From an uncultured Acidobacteriota bacterium (lineage in GTDB: Bacteria; Acidobacteriota; Thermoanaerobaculia; Multivoradales; UBA5704), in NCBI GenBank assembly GCA_963700145.1, contig OY969474.1:3008001-3072000 (forward strand): a stretch of 64,000 bases of DNA, in the 5' to 3' direction. A model generated the notes under the pieces. It was not told the DNA's origin. It saw nothing but the letters and a program-made list of their open reading frames with translations, and ran no database searches. A program made the position numbers and the translations under genes. Positions 25,860 through 34,965 of the stretch are shown piece by piece; position 1 is the stretch's first letter, and each line of letters opens with the position of its first letter.

Positions 25860-28094
25860 ATGCTCATGCGGTCGGCGCTCCTCCCGGCGCTCCTTCTTCC
25901 CCTGCTCGCGCAGCAGCCGCTGCGGCCCGATCCCACGAAGGGCGTCGTCGACGGCAAGGCGGCGGTGAGCTTCTGGCCGGCGGTGGGCCCTGAAGGGGAG
26001 GAGTTTCTCGCGCCCGTCGGGTTCGAGGCCCATCTCGTCCCGCTGTCGGAGCTCGACCGCGAGCTCGTCTACCCCTGCGGCATCTGGTTCGTCCCGCCGG
26101 GCGGCGGGTACAAGGCGTGGGTGGAGGGGGAGGATCGGCTCAGCTCTCCCATGATCGTCCACTACAAGCCGTCTCCTTTTACGGGGCGGGGATTCGTAGC
26201 CGTCTTCCCGGTGGAGCCGGCCGGACGCGTGGGGATCCCGGCCGAGAAGGAGCTGCCCGCCGACACCTCGCTCCGCCTGCTCCATCTCGACCCCAAGTTT
26301 CCGCAGCGTGCGTTCGACCGCCGGACCGGCGCCACGGGCGCCGCCCGCAAGGGGCTGCTGATGCCCGCGGGGCGCGTCCTCATGGGCTCGTTCGCCCGCG
26401 CCTCCGGCGGGGCCCTGGCGCTCTCGCGGCCTCTCGAGGTGGTTCCCGGGCGCGTGGCGCGCGCCTGGCCGCAGCCGCCGGCTGCTGGTTCCGACCTGCT
26501 GGCGGTCCTCGATCGGCCGCGGTTGGCTTCGGCGGAGCAGCCGGACGCGGTCGAGTTGTCCGTCGCGGGCGTGGACGGCGCGCCGCGCGCGCCGGACGTC
26601 TTCGTCAACGCGGGGGACCGGGTCTACGGCGTGTGGTACGGCCTCGAGGGGAGCGCGGCGCGGCTGGTCGCGAGCTCGACCGTCCTCTTTCTGCCGCCCC
26701 GCGACATCCCGCTGCGGCCGGGCAAGGTCGAGACCGTGCGGGGCGAGCTCGGCCTCCTGCCGGGGATCGACGTCACTCTGGATCTCCCCGACGCGCTCAA
26801 GCCGGACCGCATCACCCTGGCGGTGCGCGCCGCAGCCGGGGACCCCGAACCGTTGCGCCGGGTGGTGCTGCCGCGCGACACCGGGGCGCACCGCTTCGAC
26901 GCCCTGCCTGCCGCGCCGCTCGACGTCGTGCTCGAGGCGCCGCCCTGGATCGCACACCGGACGGTCGACCTCAGCTCCGGCGAGGACAGCAGCGTCGAGT
27001 TCCGGCCGCAGGCGATCGCAGTCCGCGGCACCGTCTATCGCGGCGCGAAACCCGCGCGCGCCGAGGTGGCCTTCCGCACTGGCGGCGAGGACGGCTGGCT
27101 GCGCGTGCAGACCGATGAGCGGGGAGCGTACGAGGCGGTGCTCTGGGGGCCGGGCGGCTATCTGATCCAGGTCGACCTGGCGACGACGTCCGGGCCGCCG
27201 TTCGTCGAGATGGAGACGATCGAGGAGAGTGGGACACTCGACCTCCACGTCCCGGGCTCCAGCTATTCGGTGCGCGTCCTCGACGCGGAAACTGGCCGCG
27301 GGATCGCGGGCGCGGCGGTGAGCGCCGGCAACCGCTACGTGGACCCCCGCCTGGGGGAGCGGGACGCCGGACAAAAGGCGACCACCGACGAGGAGGGCGT
27401 CGCCGAGCTCCAGCCGCTGCGGCCCGGGGAGCTCATGGTGGCGGCGCGCGCCGACGGGTATCTGCCGTCCGAGACACTAACGGAGACGGTGCCGGAGAGA
27501 GAGCTCGAGCGCGAGCTGACGTTCCGGCTGCGGCCCGTCGGGCCGACGAAGGCGCTCCGCCTGCGCCTGCCCGGCGGCGCGCCCGCCGCCGGCGCCGAGC
27601 TGCGCGCCCAGCGTGGCCTGGGCGACGACTCCGCCCTCTGGCAGGGGCTCACCGACGCGACCGGCGAAGTCCAGGTGCCCGATCTCGCGGAGGGCGCCTT
27701 CCTCCTCGTGCGTCATGCGCAGGCGGGGTCGCTGGTGCGGGGGTGGCGCGGCGGCGTGGAGACGGCCGTGTGGACGCTGCCTCCCGCAGCCCCGCCGCTC
27801 GCCGTCGCCGCGGTCCGCCCCTCGGGCGAGCCGGCCGCCTACGTGCCGCTGGCGCTGTGGCTGGACGGCGTGCGTTTGACCGGGCGGAGCCTGGCGTTCG
27901 TCGCCTGGTCGCATCACGCGGGCGCGGGACAGGACGGCTCCTGGCTCGGCCGCAACCTGCCGCCGGAGCCCCTCCGCCTCCTCGCCTGGACCGCCGCCGA
28001 GCAGGAAGCCGCCCTCGCCGGCCTCTTCGACGCCCGCGCCCTCGCCGTGCCCGCGCCCTGGCCCGCTGCCGTACGGCTCGAGACCATCGATTAG
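25860..28094 (+). CDS. secreted protein with carboxypeptidase-regulatory-like beta-sandwich repeats
   Basis: Signal peptide; VRGTV, TDERGAY, VLDAETGRGIAGAAV, TTDEEG, ARADGY repeats. Confidence 0.7.
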   Translation: MLMRSALLPALLLPLLAQQPLRPDPTKGVVDGKAAVSFWPAVGPEGEEFLAPVGFEAHLVPLSELDRELVYPCGIWFVPPGGGYKAWVEGEDRLSSPMIVHYKPSPFTGRGFVAVFPVEPAGRVGIPAEKELPADTSLRLLHLDPKFPQRAFDRRTGATGAARKGLLMPAGRVLMGSFARASGGALALSRPLEVVPGRVARAWPQPPAAGSDLLAVLDRPRLASAEQPDAVELSVAGVDGAPRAPDVFVNAGDRVYGVWYGLEGSAARLVASSTVLFLPPRDIPLRPGKVETVRGELGLLPGIDVTLDLPDALKPDRITLAVRAAAGDPEPLRRVVLPRDTGAHRFDALPAAPLDVVLEAPPWIAHRTVDLSSGEDSSVEFRPQAIAVRGTVYRGAKPARAEVAFRTGGEDGWLRVQTDERGAYEAVLWGPGGYLIQVDLATTSGPPFVEMETIEESGTLDLHVPGSSYSVRVLDAETGRGIAGAAVSAGNRYVDPRLGERDAGQKATTDEEGVAELQPLRPGELMVAARADGYLPSETLTETVPERELERELTFRLRPVGPTKALRLRLPGGAPAAGAELRAQRGLGDDSALWQGLTDATGEVQVPDLAEGAFLLVRHAQAGSLVRGWRGGVETAVWTLPPAAPPLAVAAVRPSGEPAAYVPLALWLDGVRLTGRSLAFVAWSHHAGAGQDGSWLGRNLPPEPLRLLAWTAAEQEAALAGLFDARALAVPAPWPAAVRLETID

Positions 28095-28161
28095 CCAAGC
28101 CGCCCGCACCCACCCCCGCCGCGTCCGCGGCTACAATTCAGCCGTTCCTTAGGGGGAGAGG

Positions 28162-30213
28162 TTGACGCCGCGCGAGCCGGGGACCGTCCTCGAAGGCAAG
28201 TACGAGATCGTCCAGCGCCTGGGGGGCGGCGGCATGGGGGAGGTCCACCTCGTGCGCCACATCCACCTGCAGGAGCTGCGGGTGGTCAAGATCCTGCGCC
28301 AGGACCTCGCCGCCGACCCCTCGGCGCAGAAGCGCTTCCTGCGCGAGGCCCGCCTCGCCACCCAGATCAAGCACCCGAACGTCGCCATCCTCTACGACTA
28401 CTCGCGCCTGGCCGACGGCAGCTTCTACACCGTCTGGGAGCACATCGAGGGGCAGGACGTGGGCGACCGCCTGCGCAAGGAGGGGCCGTTCCCGGTGCCG
28501 GCGGCGATCCAGCTCGCGATCCAGGCGCTGCGCGGCCTCGAGGCGATCCACGCCACCGGCGTCATCCACCGCGACCTCAGCCCCGACAACCTGATGCTGA
28601 CGACCGACCGGCGCGGCCAGCTCCGCATCAAGATCATCGACTTGGGGCTGGCCAAGAACCTGACGGCGCACGACTCCGGGGGGTTCGAGATCACGCAGGT
28701 CGGGATGTTCATGGGCAAGCTCCAGTACTGCTCGCCCGAGCAGGCGGGGACGGGGCCCGGCGCCGACCTCGACCGCCGGAGCGACATCTACTCGCTGGCG
28801 CTGGTGCTGTACGAGATGACGACCGGGCTGCCGCCCTTCCACTCCGAGAACCAGGCCGGCTTCATCTTCAAGCGGCTCTCCGAGGACCCGCTGCCGATGG
28901 TGGGGCGGAACCCGAAGATCGAGATCCCCGAGGACCTCGACCGGGTGATCCGCCGGGCGCTGGCGCGCGACCGCGAGAAGCGCTACCCGGACGCGGTCTC
29001 CTTCATCCTGGCGCTCGAGCGGGTGGCGCACGGCCTCCAGGCGCACGAGACCCAGGAGGTGCCGATCCTCCACGAGGCGCGGCGCCCGCCGGCGGCGCCG
29101 CGCCCGGCGGCCGCGACGCACCTCCCGCCGGCGCGCCCGCGCAGCTCGAGCGAGCTGACGCGCGAGGAGCGGATGGAGCTGCTGGCGCAGATCGAGCGCG
29201 CCGCCACCCGCACCCGCGAGGTCTCCGAGGCGGCGGTGCGGGCCGAGGAGGCGCTCGCCGCCGGCCGCGTCGAGGAGGCGCGGGCGATTGTGGCGGAGCT
29301 CGAGGCGGCCAACCCGCGGAGCCTGGGGCTCGACCGGGTCAAGCAGCAGCTCGCCGCCGAGGACGAGCGGCGGACGCGGGCCGAGCGGCTGGCCGCGAGC
29401 GAGAAGATGCTCGACACCTACCTCAAGAAGCACCAGATGCCGCTGGCGCGGCTGGCCTTCGAGACGCTGCTCGAGCTCGCCCCCGACCACCCGCGGCGGG
29501 CGGAGTTCGAGACCGCGCTCGCCTCCGCCGGCGCCGAGGCGCAGCAGGAGAAACGGCTCGACGGCGCGCTGGCCGCCGCCCGCGCCGCCCTCGGGCGCGG
29601 CGACTTCCGCGCCGCCCGCCGCGAGGCCGAGGCGATCGCCCGCCTCGACCGCGAGGGGAGCACGGCCGCCGCCTTCCGCGCCGAGATCGAGGCCGCCGAG
29701 CGCGACCAGCGCGAGCACCGGGAGCTGGGACGGCGGGCGGCGCGGCTGGAGGAGGACCTCGACGCCGGGCGGCTGGAGGAGGCGGAGCGCGAGCTGGAGT
29801 CGCTCGCCGCGCTCGGTCTCTCGCGCGTCACGCTGGAAGGCTACCGCGAGCAGCTGGCGGCGGCGCGAGGCCGCGCCGAGCAGCAGGCGCGGGTGCAGGT
29901 CTACGAGGCGCGCTTCCAGCAGGCAGTCGGGGCCGGCGACTGGTTCGCGGCCCGCGACGTCGCCCACGAGCTCGGCGAGGAGCTCCCTGGCCACGCCCGC
30001 TCGGCGGCGATGTTCGCCGAGGCCGCCGGCCTGGAGTCCGAGGCCAAGCGCCGCCAGGGCATCGAAGGCGGCGAGCGCCAGATCGAAGGCTTCCTCGAAT
30101 CCGGCGACTGGCGCAGCGCCGAGCTGGCCCTGAAGATCCTCCTCCAGATGGACCCCGAGAACCGCCAGCGCAAGAAGTTCGAGAAGGCGATCAAGGCGCT
30201 GCAGCGGGGCTAG
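28162..30213 (+). CDS. cytoplasmic Ser/Thr kinase with TPR-like/coiled C-terminus
   Basis: GGGGMGEV, HRDLSPDN, DLG, YCSPEQ, SDIYSL; no TM; GGGGAGAGG RBS before TTG. Confidence 0.9.
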   Translation: MTPREPGTVLEGKYEIVQRLGGGGMGEVHLVRHIHLQELRVVKILRQDLAADPSAQKRFLREARLATQIKHPNVAILYDYSRLADGSFYTVWEHIEGQDVGDRLRKEGPFPVPAAIQLAIQALRGLEAIHATGVIHRDLSPDNLMLTTDRRGQLRIKIIDLGLAKNLTAHDSGGFEITQVGMFMGKLQYCSPEQAGTGPGADLDRRSDIYSLALVLYEMTTGLPPFHSENQAGFIFKRLSEDPLPMVGRNPKIEIPEDLDRVIRRALARDREKRYPDAVSFILALERVAHGLQAHETQEVPILHEARRPPAAPRPAAATHLPPARPRSSSELTREERMELLAQIERAATRTREVSEAAVRAEEALAAGRVEEARAIVAELEAANPRSLGLDRVKQQLAAEDERRTRAERLAASEKMLDTYLKKHQMPLARLAFETLLELAPDHPRRAEFETALASAGAEAQQEKRLDGALAAARAALGRGDFRAARREAEAIARLDREGSTAAAFRAEIEAAERDQREHRELGRRAARLEEDLDAGRLEEAERELESLAALGLSRVTLEGYREQLAAARGRAEQQARVQVYEARFQQAVGAGDWFAARDVAHELGEELPGHARSAAMFAEAAGLESEAKRRQGIEGGERQIEGFLESGDWRSAELALKILLQMDPENRQRKKFEKAIKALQRG

Positions 30214-30249
30214 GAGGATTTTGGGCGTGCGGATGTTCTAATCTCAGTC

Positions 30250-30486
30250 GTGGAGAAGCAGATGGCGCCGCCGGAACCACTCATCACCTCATCACCTGAC
30301 CGCCTGAGCGGCACGCCCGTCTTTGCCGGGACTCGCGTGCCCGTGCAGACGCTCATCGACTATCTCGAGGCTGGGGACTCTCTCGACGTGTTTCTCCAGG
30401 ACTTCCCAGCGGTCTCCCGCGAGCATGCCGTAGCTGTTCTCCAGCTCGCCAAGTCGGCTCTGCTCGCCGCGGTCGTCGCGGCCTAA
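30250..30486 (+). CDS. DUF433 antitoxin
   Basis: PDRLSGTPVFAGTRVPV..LIDYL..G.S...FLQDFP motif. Confidence 0.88.
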   Translation: MEKQMAPPEPLITSSPDRLSGTPVFAGTRVPVQTLIDYLEAGDSLDVFLQDFPAVSREHAVAVLQLAKSALLAAVVAA

Positions 30487-30497
30487 CTCTTTTCCAT

Positions 30498-30689
30498 TTG
30501 CGCGTTCTCCTCGACGCGTGCGTTCCTCGTCGACTTGGCTCGGCGTTGGTCGGCCATGAAGCGGCGACGGCTCAACTCCGCGCGAGGACAAACCTGCTCG
30601 CCGATTTACTGCCGCTCGTCCCGGCAGTGCTCGCCGCTCTCGTCGAGCTCGGTCAAGGCGAGGTGCGTGAGCTGGTGGCCGGCGCTTGA
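30498..30689 (+). pseudogene. DUF5615/PIN-like toxin with in-frame internal deletion
   Basis: MRVLLDACVPRRL start and LADLLPLVP end are typical of the family, but only 63 aa with the central segment missing. Confidence 0.7.
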
Positions 30690-30737
30690 CGTCGGCGCGT
30701 ACCTGCCGTTCGCCGCGCTGTTAGACTTTCTCCCTCG

Positions 30738-32852
30738 ATGGCCACCCTCGACGCTCCCGAGCAGGCGACGGCGCCGGCCGCCCTCGCCGACCGGCAGGCC
30801 CGCCTGCTGCGCTACGCCTTCATGAAGCTGACGCGGGACTTCGACTCGCGGTTCGAGGCGCTGCTGCTGACCGGACGGGTGTCGAAGTGGTACAGCGAGG
30901 TGGGGGCAGAGGCGACGACGGTGCCGGCGGGGCTGGCGCTCGAGGCGGGCGACGCGCTCTGCACCCTCCACCGCGACTTGGGCGCCATCCTCGCCGTCTA
31001 CCTCGACCCGGCGCGCACCTTCCCGGGGCTCGGCTTCGGCGCGCCGGACGGCCGCCGCCCCGATCCCGAGCCGCTCCTCTACCGCCTGGCCTGCCAGCTC
31101 CTCGGCAAGGCCGACGGCTTCTCGCAGGGTGTCGAGCGGTCGTTTCACTACGGATATCTCGCGCCCGAGCACGGCATCCTGCACGTCGGCATGATCAGCC
31201 ACCTGGGCTCGATGATCCCGGTCGCCGCCGGCTGCGCCTTCGCCTTCCGCCAGCGCGAGAGCGACCGGGTGGCGATCAACTTCATCGGCGACGGCGGCAC
31301 CTCGACCGGCGACTTCCACGAGGGGCTCAACATGGCGGCGGTGTGGAAGCTGCCGCTCGTCCTGGTCGTCGAGAACAACCGCTACGCCTTCTCGACCCCG
31401 ACCTCGCTCCAGTTCGCCTGCCGCCAGCTCAGCGAGCGCGGCCCCGGCTACGGCATCGCCGCCGAGACCGTGGACGGCAACGACCCCGACGCGATGGCCG
31501 AGGCGCTGGCCCGCGCGGTGGCGCGCGGCCGCGCCAGCGAGGGGCCGACGCTCCTCGAAGCGATGCAGGGGCGGATGCGCGGCCACAGCGAAGGGGACGA
31601 CTCGCTCAAGGTGGTGCCGGCCGACGAGCTGGCCACCTACCGCGAGGCCGATCCGGTGCCGACGTACCGGCGGCGGCTGGAGGAAGACGGCGTCTTCGAC
31701 GCCACGACCCGCGAGCGGCTCGACGCGCGCATCGCCGAGCTGGTCGAAGGCGCCATCGGCCGCGCGCTGGAGGCGCCGCCGCCGGACGTCGCGGTCGCCT
31801 TCCGGCCGGTCTTCGCGCCGGCGCCGGAAGCGGAGCCGACTCCCGCCGCGCCCGACCCGGCGCGCGCCCCGGCGGTCCAGACCCGCGAGACCACCTATGT
31901 GGATGCCATCAACGACGCCCTCCGCGAGGAGATGGAGCGCGACGAGTCGGTCGTCTTGCTAGGGCAGGACATCGGCGCCTTCGAAGGCGCCTTCCGCACC
32001 ACCAAGGGCCTCCACGCCCGCTGGCCGCGCCGGGTCTTCGACACCCCGATCGCCGAGAGCGGCACGATCGGCATCGCCGCCGGCGCCGCGCTCCTCGGCT
32101 ACCGCCCCGTCGTCGAGATGCAGTTCGGCGACTTCATCACCTGCGGCTTCAACCAGCTCGTCAACGTCGCCGCCAAGCTCTACTACCGCTGGCAGGTGCC
32201 CTGCCCCATCGTCGTCCGCCTCCCCACCGGCGGCGGCGTCGGCGCCGGCCCCTTCCACTCGCAGAACCCGGAAGGGTGGTTCGCCCACACCGCGGGGATC
32301 AAAGTCGTCTGCCCCGCCACCGCCACCGACGCCAAGGCCCTCCTCAAGGCCGCCATCCGCGACCCCAACCCGGTCATGGTCTTCGAGCACAAGTTCCTCT
32401 ACCGCCGCATCAAGGAGGCGCTGCCCGAAGGCCTGGACGCCGGCCGCCTCGGCGAAGCGCGCGTCGCCCGCCCCGGCCGCGACCTCACCCTCGTCGGCTA
32501 CGGCGCCTCCACCTGGACCTGCCTAGAAGCCGCGACCGAGCTGGCGAAAGAAGGCGTCGAAGCCGAAGTGGTGGACCTGCGCACCCTCGTCCCCTACGAC
32601 GAAGAAACCGTCCACGCCTCCGTCAAGAAAACCGCCCGCGCCCTGATCGTCCACGAAGCCCAGCTAACCGGCGGCTTCGGAGCCGAGGTAGCCGCCCGCA
32701 TCGCCGACGCCTGCTTCCCCTGGCTAGACGCCCCCGTCCGTCGCCTCGCCTACCCCGACCGCCCCGTCCCCTACGCCAAGAATCTGGAGAAGGCATTGCT
32801 TCCGGACCGCGACAAAGTCCTCAAGGCAGCACGAGAGCTCCTAGCGTTCTAA
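30738..32852 (+). CDS. 2-oxoacid dehydrogenase E1, fused alpha/beta subunits
   Basis: GDGG...FHEGLN...ENN TPP motif, RMRGHS; beta part DTPIAE, EMQFGDF, HSQ, EHKFLY, VDLRTL. Confidence 0.93.
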   Translation: MATLDAPEQATAPAALADRQARLLRYAFMKLTRDFDSRFEALLLTGRVSKWYSEVGAEATTVPAGLALEAGDALCTLHRDLGAILAVYLDPARTFPGLGFGAPDGRRPDPEPLLYRLACQLLGKADGFSQGVERSFHYGYLAPEHGILHVGMISHLGSMIPVAAGCAFAFRQRESDRVAINFIGDGGTSTGDFHEGLNMAAVWKLPLVLVVENNRYAFSTPTSLQFACRQLSERGPGYGIAAETVDGNDPDAMAEALARAVARGRASEGPTLLEAMQGRMRGHSEGDDSLKVVPADELATYREADPVPTYRRRLEEDGVFDATTRERLDARIAELVEGAIGRALEAPPPDVAVAFRPVFAPAPEAEPTPAAPDPARAPAVQTRETTYVDAINDALREEMERDESVVLLGQDIGAFEGAFRTTKGLHARWPRRVFDTPIAESGTIGIAAGAALLGYRPVVEMQFGDFITCGFNQLVNVAAKLYYRWQVPCPIVVRLPTGGGVGAGPFHSQNPEGWFAHTAGIKVVCPATATDAKALLKAAIRDPNPVMVFEHKFLYRRIKEALPEGLDAGRLGEARVARPGRDLTLVGYGASTWTCLEAATELAKEGVEAEVVDLRTLVPYDEETVHASVKKTARALIVHEAQLTGGFGAEVAARIADACFPWLDAPVRRLAYPDRPVPYAKNLEKALLPDRDKVLKAARELLAF

Positions 32853-32943
32853 AAACGCCCGGCACGTAGGCCGGGCGCTACGTCCGATTGCCGGAAGGCC
32901 GGGCGTCACGTTTTCCAGCCGTCGAATTGCGGGGTGGGGGGAA

Positions 32944-33104
32944 GGCGTTGCGGGGCGCCCCGGCGGGGAAGCTCTGAGCGAGCGCCGGGCAACCCCACCG
33001 CAGTCCGCCGTCGATGCCGGCGCAAAGCGAAGCGCAGGCGCGCGCCCCCCCTCGGCAGTCTTCAAAGCGCGCGCCGGTTCCCCGCCGGGGCGCCCCGCAA
33101 CGCC
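32944..33104 (+). repeat. ~160-bp palindromic element, copy B
   Basis: Perfect 27-bp inverted repeat 32944-32970/33078-33104; 107-nt core homologous to copy A. Confidence 0.85.
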
Positions 33105-33117
33105 GTGGGGGGAAAAA

Positions 33118-33185
33118 CCCCCCGCCCAGATCCTTCGACTCGCTGCGCTCGCTCAGGATGACGTGCGTCTGAACGACGCACGTCA
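33118..33185. repeat. REP-like unit (GTCATCCTGAGCG...GGATCT family) plus hairpin
   Basis: CCCGCCCAGATCC...GCTCAGGATGAC shared with 56321-56472; hairpin TGACGTGCGTC/GACGCACGTCA contains the PDZ gene stop. Confidence 0.75.
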
Positions 33186-33902
33186 CCTCTCCAGCTGTTT
33201 CTCCAGCTCCTTGATCCGCTTCTCCAGCTCAGCCAACCGCTTCTCGAGCTCCGCCTCACGGCTCCGCAGCCGAATCAACCCCGAGTGCTCGCCAGGCTTG
33301 AGCTCCATCTCGAACTGCTCGCCCATCTTTTCGGGGTCGATCTTCAGCATCATCGGCTCGCCCGGTCTCCCCTTGCGGATGAACATCGGGGCAAGATCGA
33401 TCTCCGTCCGCTCGCGCCGCTCCAGATTCGCCGTCACCGTCTGCGCCTTCCCGTCGCGCCACAGCTCCACCGTCGCCGCCTGCCCGTCCTCCGCGTCACG
33501 CAGCGCCATGCGCAAATCGTGCGGCCCCTCGATCGCCTCCCCGTCCACGCGCGTCAAGACGTCGCCAACGCGGATCCCCGCCTTGTCCGCCGGGCTCCCC
33601 GCCTCCACACTCGCCACCAGCACCCCGCTCTCCTCCGGCACCCCGAAGTGAGCCCGCAGCTCCTTCGTCAGCGGCAGCGTGCCGACCCCGAGGAAACCGC
33701 GCGGCCCGCCGAGCAACAGCTCGCCGTCCGGACCGAGCCGCCGCTCGACGATCACGTCGCGGTGGACGTCCTTCTCGGCGCCGGGCTTGGCGACGCGCTT
33801 GACGTGCGGCTGCGGCTCCTTGGCCGCGGCCGGAAGGGGAAGCGCCACCACCGCCAGCAGCAGCGCGGCGCTCGTGAGAGATCGGGACACTCGTCGGTTC
33901 AT
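33183..33902 (-). CDS. secreted PDZ domain protein with C-terminal coiled coil
   Basis: Signal peptide; GFLGV, GVLV..V..GSPADKAGIRVGDVL. Confidence 0.85.
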   Translation of the reverse strand: MNRRVSRSLTSAALLLAVVALPLPAAAKEPQPHVKRVAKPGAEKDVHRDVIVERRLGPDGELLLGGPRGFLGVGTLPLTKELRAHFGVPEESGVLVASVEAGSPADKAGIRVGDVLTRVDGEAIEGPHDLRMALRDAEDGQAATVELWRDGKAQTVTANLERRERTEIDLAPMFIRKGRPGEPMMLKIDPEKMGEQFEMELKPGEHSGLIRLRSREAELEKRLAELEKRIKELEKQLER

Positions 33903-33926
33903 GCGTCGTCTCCTAGAGAAATCGGT

Positions 33927-34337
33927 TCAGTTCCTGGTCTGCCGGACTTCGCCCTCGGCGGGGACGCGGCTCAGGTCCACCACCAGGTCCACCTCGTCGT
34001 CGCCGCCGAGGTAGAGCACCGGCGGCGCCTCCGCCAGGGCTTCGATCTCGCTCTCCAGCGCCCGGTGCTCGCGCCGCAGCTCCTCGAGCAGGCGCCGGGC
34101 CTCGGCCGCTTCGATCCGTCCTTCCGCCTCGCGCCCGCGGCCGGGGCGGAGCGGGCCGGCGGCGACGCCGATGGCCAGCGCGGCCGCGGCGGCCGCCACG
34201 GCCAGGGCCGCGATCGGCCGCCGTCGCGGGGCGGGTTCGTCCAGCCGCGCCAGCAGGCGGGCGGTGAAGTCCGTCCCCGCCCGCTCGCGCGGCAGCGCGC
34301 GCAGGGTGCGCAGAGGCTCTAGCCGGTCGTCTTCCAT
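33927..34337 (-). CDS. single-TM putative anti-sigma factor
   Basis: Overlaps the ECF stop; DFTARLLARL helix, TM, coiled coil. Confidence 0.6.
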   Translation of the reverse strand: MEDDRLEPLRTLRALPRERAGTDFTARLLARLDEPAPRRRPIAALAVAAAAAALAIGVAAGPLRPGRGREAEGRIEAAEARRLLEELRREHRALESEIEALAEAPPVLYLGGDDEVDLVVDLSRVPAEGEVRQTRN

Positions 34338-34921
34338 GATGCGGTGCCTCCGTTCCAGTAAGGCTCGAGCGATTGCCGGAGCTGCCGGCGCCCGCGGTGG
34401 ATGCGCGACTTGACCGTCCCCTCGCGCAGGCCGAGCTGCGCCGCGACGGCGGCGTAGGACCAGCCCTCGATCTCGTGCAGCACGAGCGGCACGCGCCAGC
34501 GCAGGGGGAGCGCGGCGAGCGCCGCGGCCACCTGCCGCTGCAGCTCGTCGCGCAAGAGGCCTGCGGCGGTGGACGCGGGCTCGGTGGCGTGGCCGGCGAG
34601 GAGGAGGAAGGGCGCGAGGAGCTGCTGCCGCCGCTCGCGCCGCCCTTCGGAGCGGACGAGGTTGGTGGCGATGCTGTAGAGGAAGGCGCGGAGCTGCCCT
34701 TGCTCGCAGTAGCGCGGGGCGGCGCGGAAGAGGCGGAGGAAGGTCTCCTGCGCCAGGTCCTCGGCGCGATCGCGGTCGCCGGTCAGGCGGGTGACGTAGT
34801 TGACGATGGCGTCCTTGTAGCGGTCGACGAGGGCGGCGAAGGCCTGCCGGTCGCCGTCCGCGGCCCGCGCCATCAGCTCGTCGTCGCCCGGCCCGAAGGC
34901 GGCGAGAATCGGCTCGGTCAT
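34319..34921 (-). CDS. ECF sigma factor
   Basis: AEDLAQETF region 2; EGWSY..VA..LGLREGTVKSRIHRGR region 4. Confidence 0.92.
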   Translation of the reverse strand: MTEPILAAFGPGDDELMARAADGDRQAFAALVDRYKDAIVNYVTRLTGDRDRAEDLAQETFLRLFRAAPRYCEQGQLRAFLYSIATNLVRSEGRRERRQQLLAPFLLLAGHATEPASTAAGLLRDELQRQVAAALAALPLRWRVPLVLHEIEGWSYAAVAAQLGLREGTVKSRIHRGRRQLRQSLEPYWNGGTASWKTTG

Positions 34922-34931
34922 CGCAGCTTGA

Positions 34932-34956
34932 AACGCACGGCCGAGCCTAAGGTTCC
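34932..34956 (-). promoter_or_regulatory. putative autoregulatory ECF promoter
   Basis: Minus strand GGAAC-N16-CGTT just upstream of the ECF ATG. Confidence 0.55.
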
Positions 34957-34965
34957 CAGTTCGGG

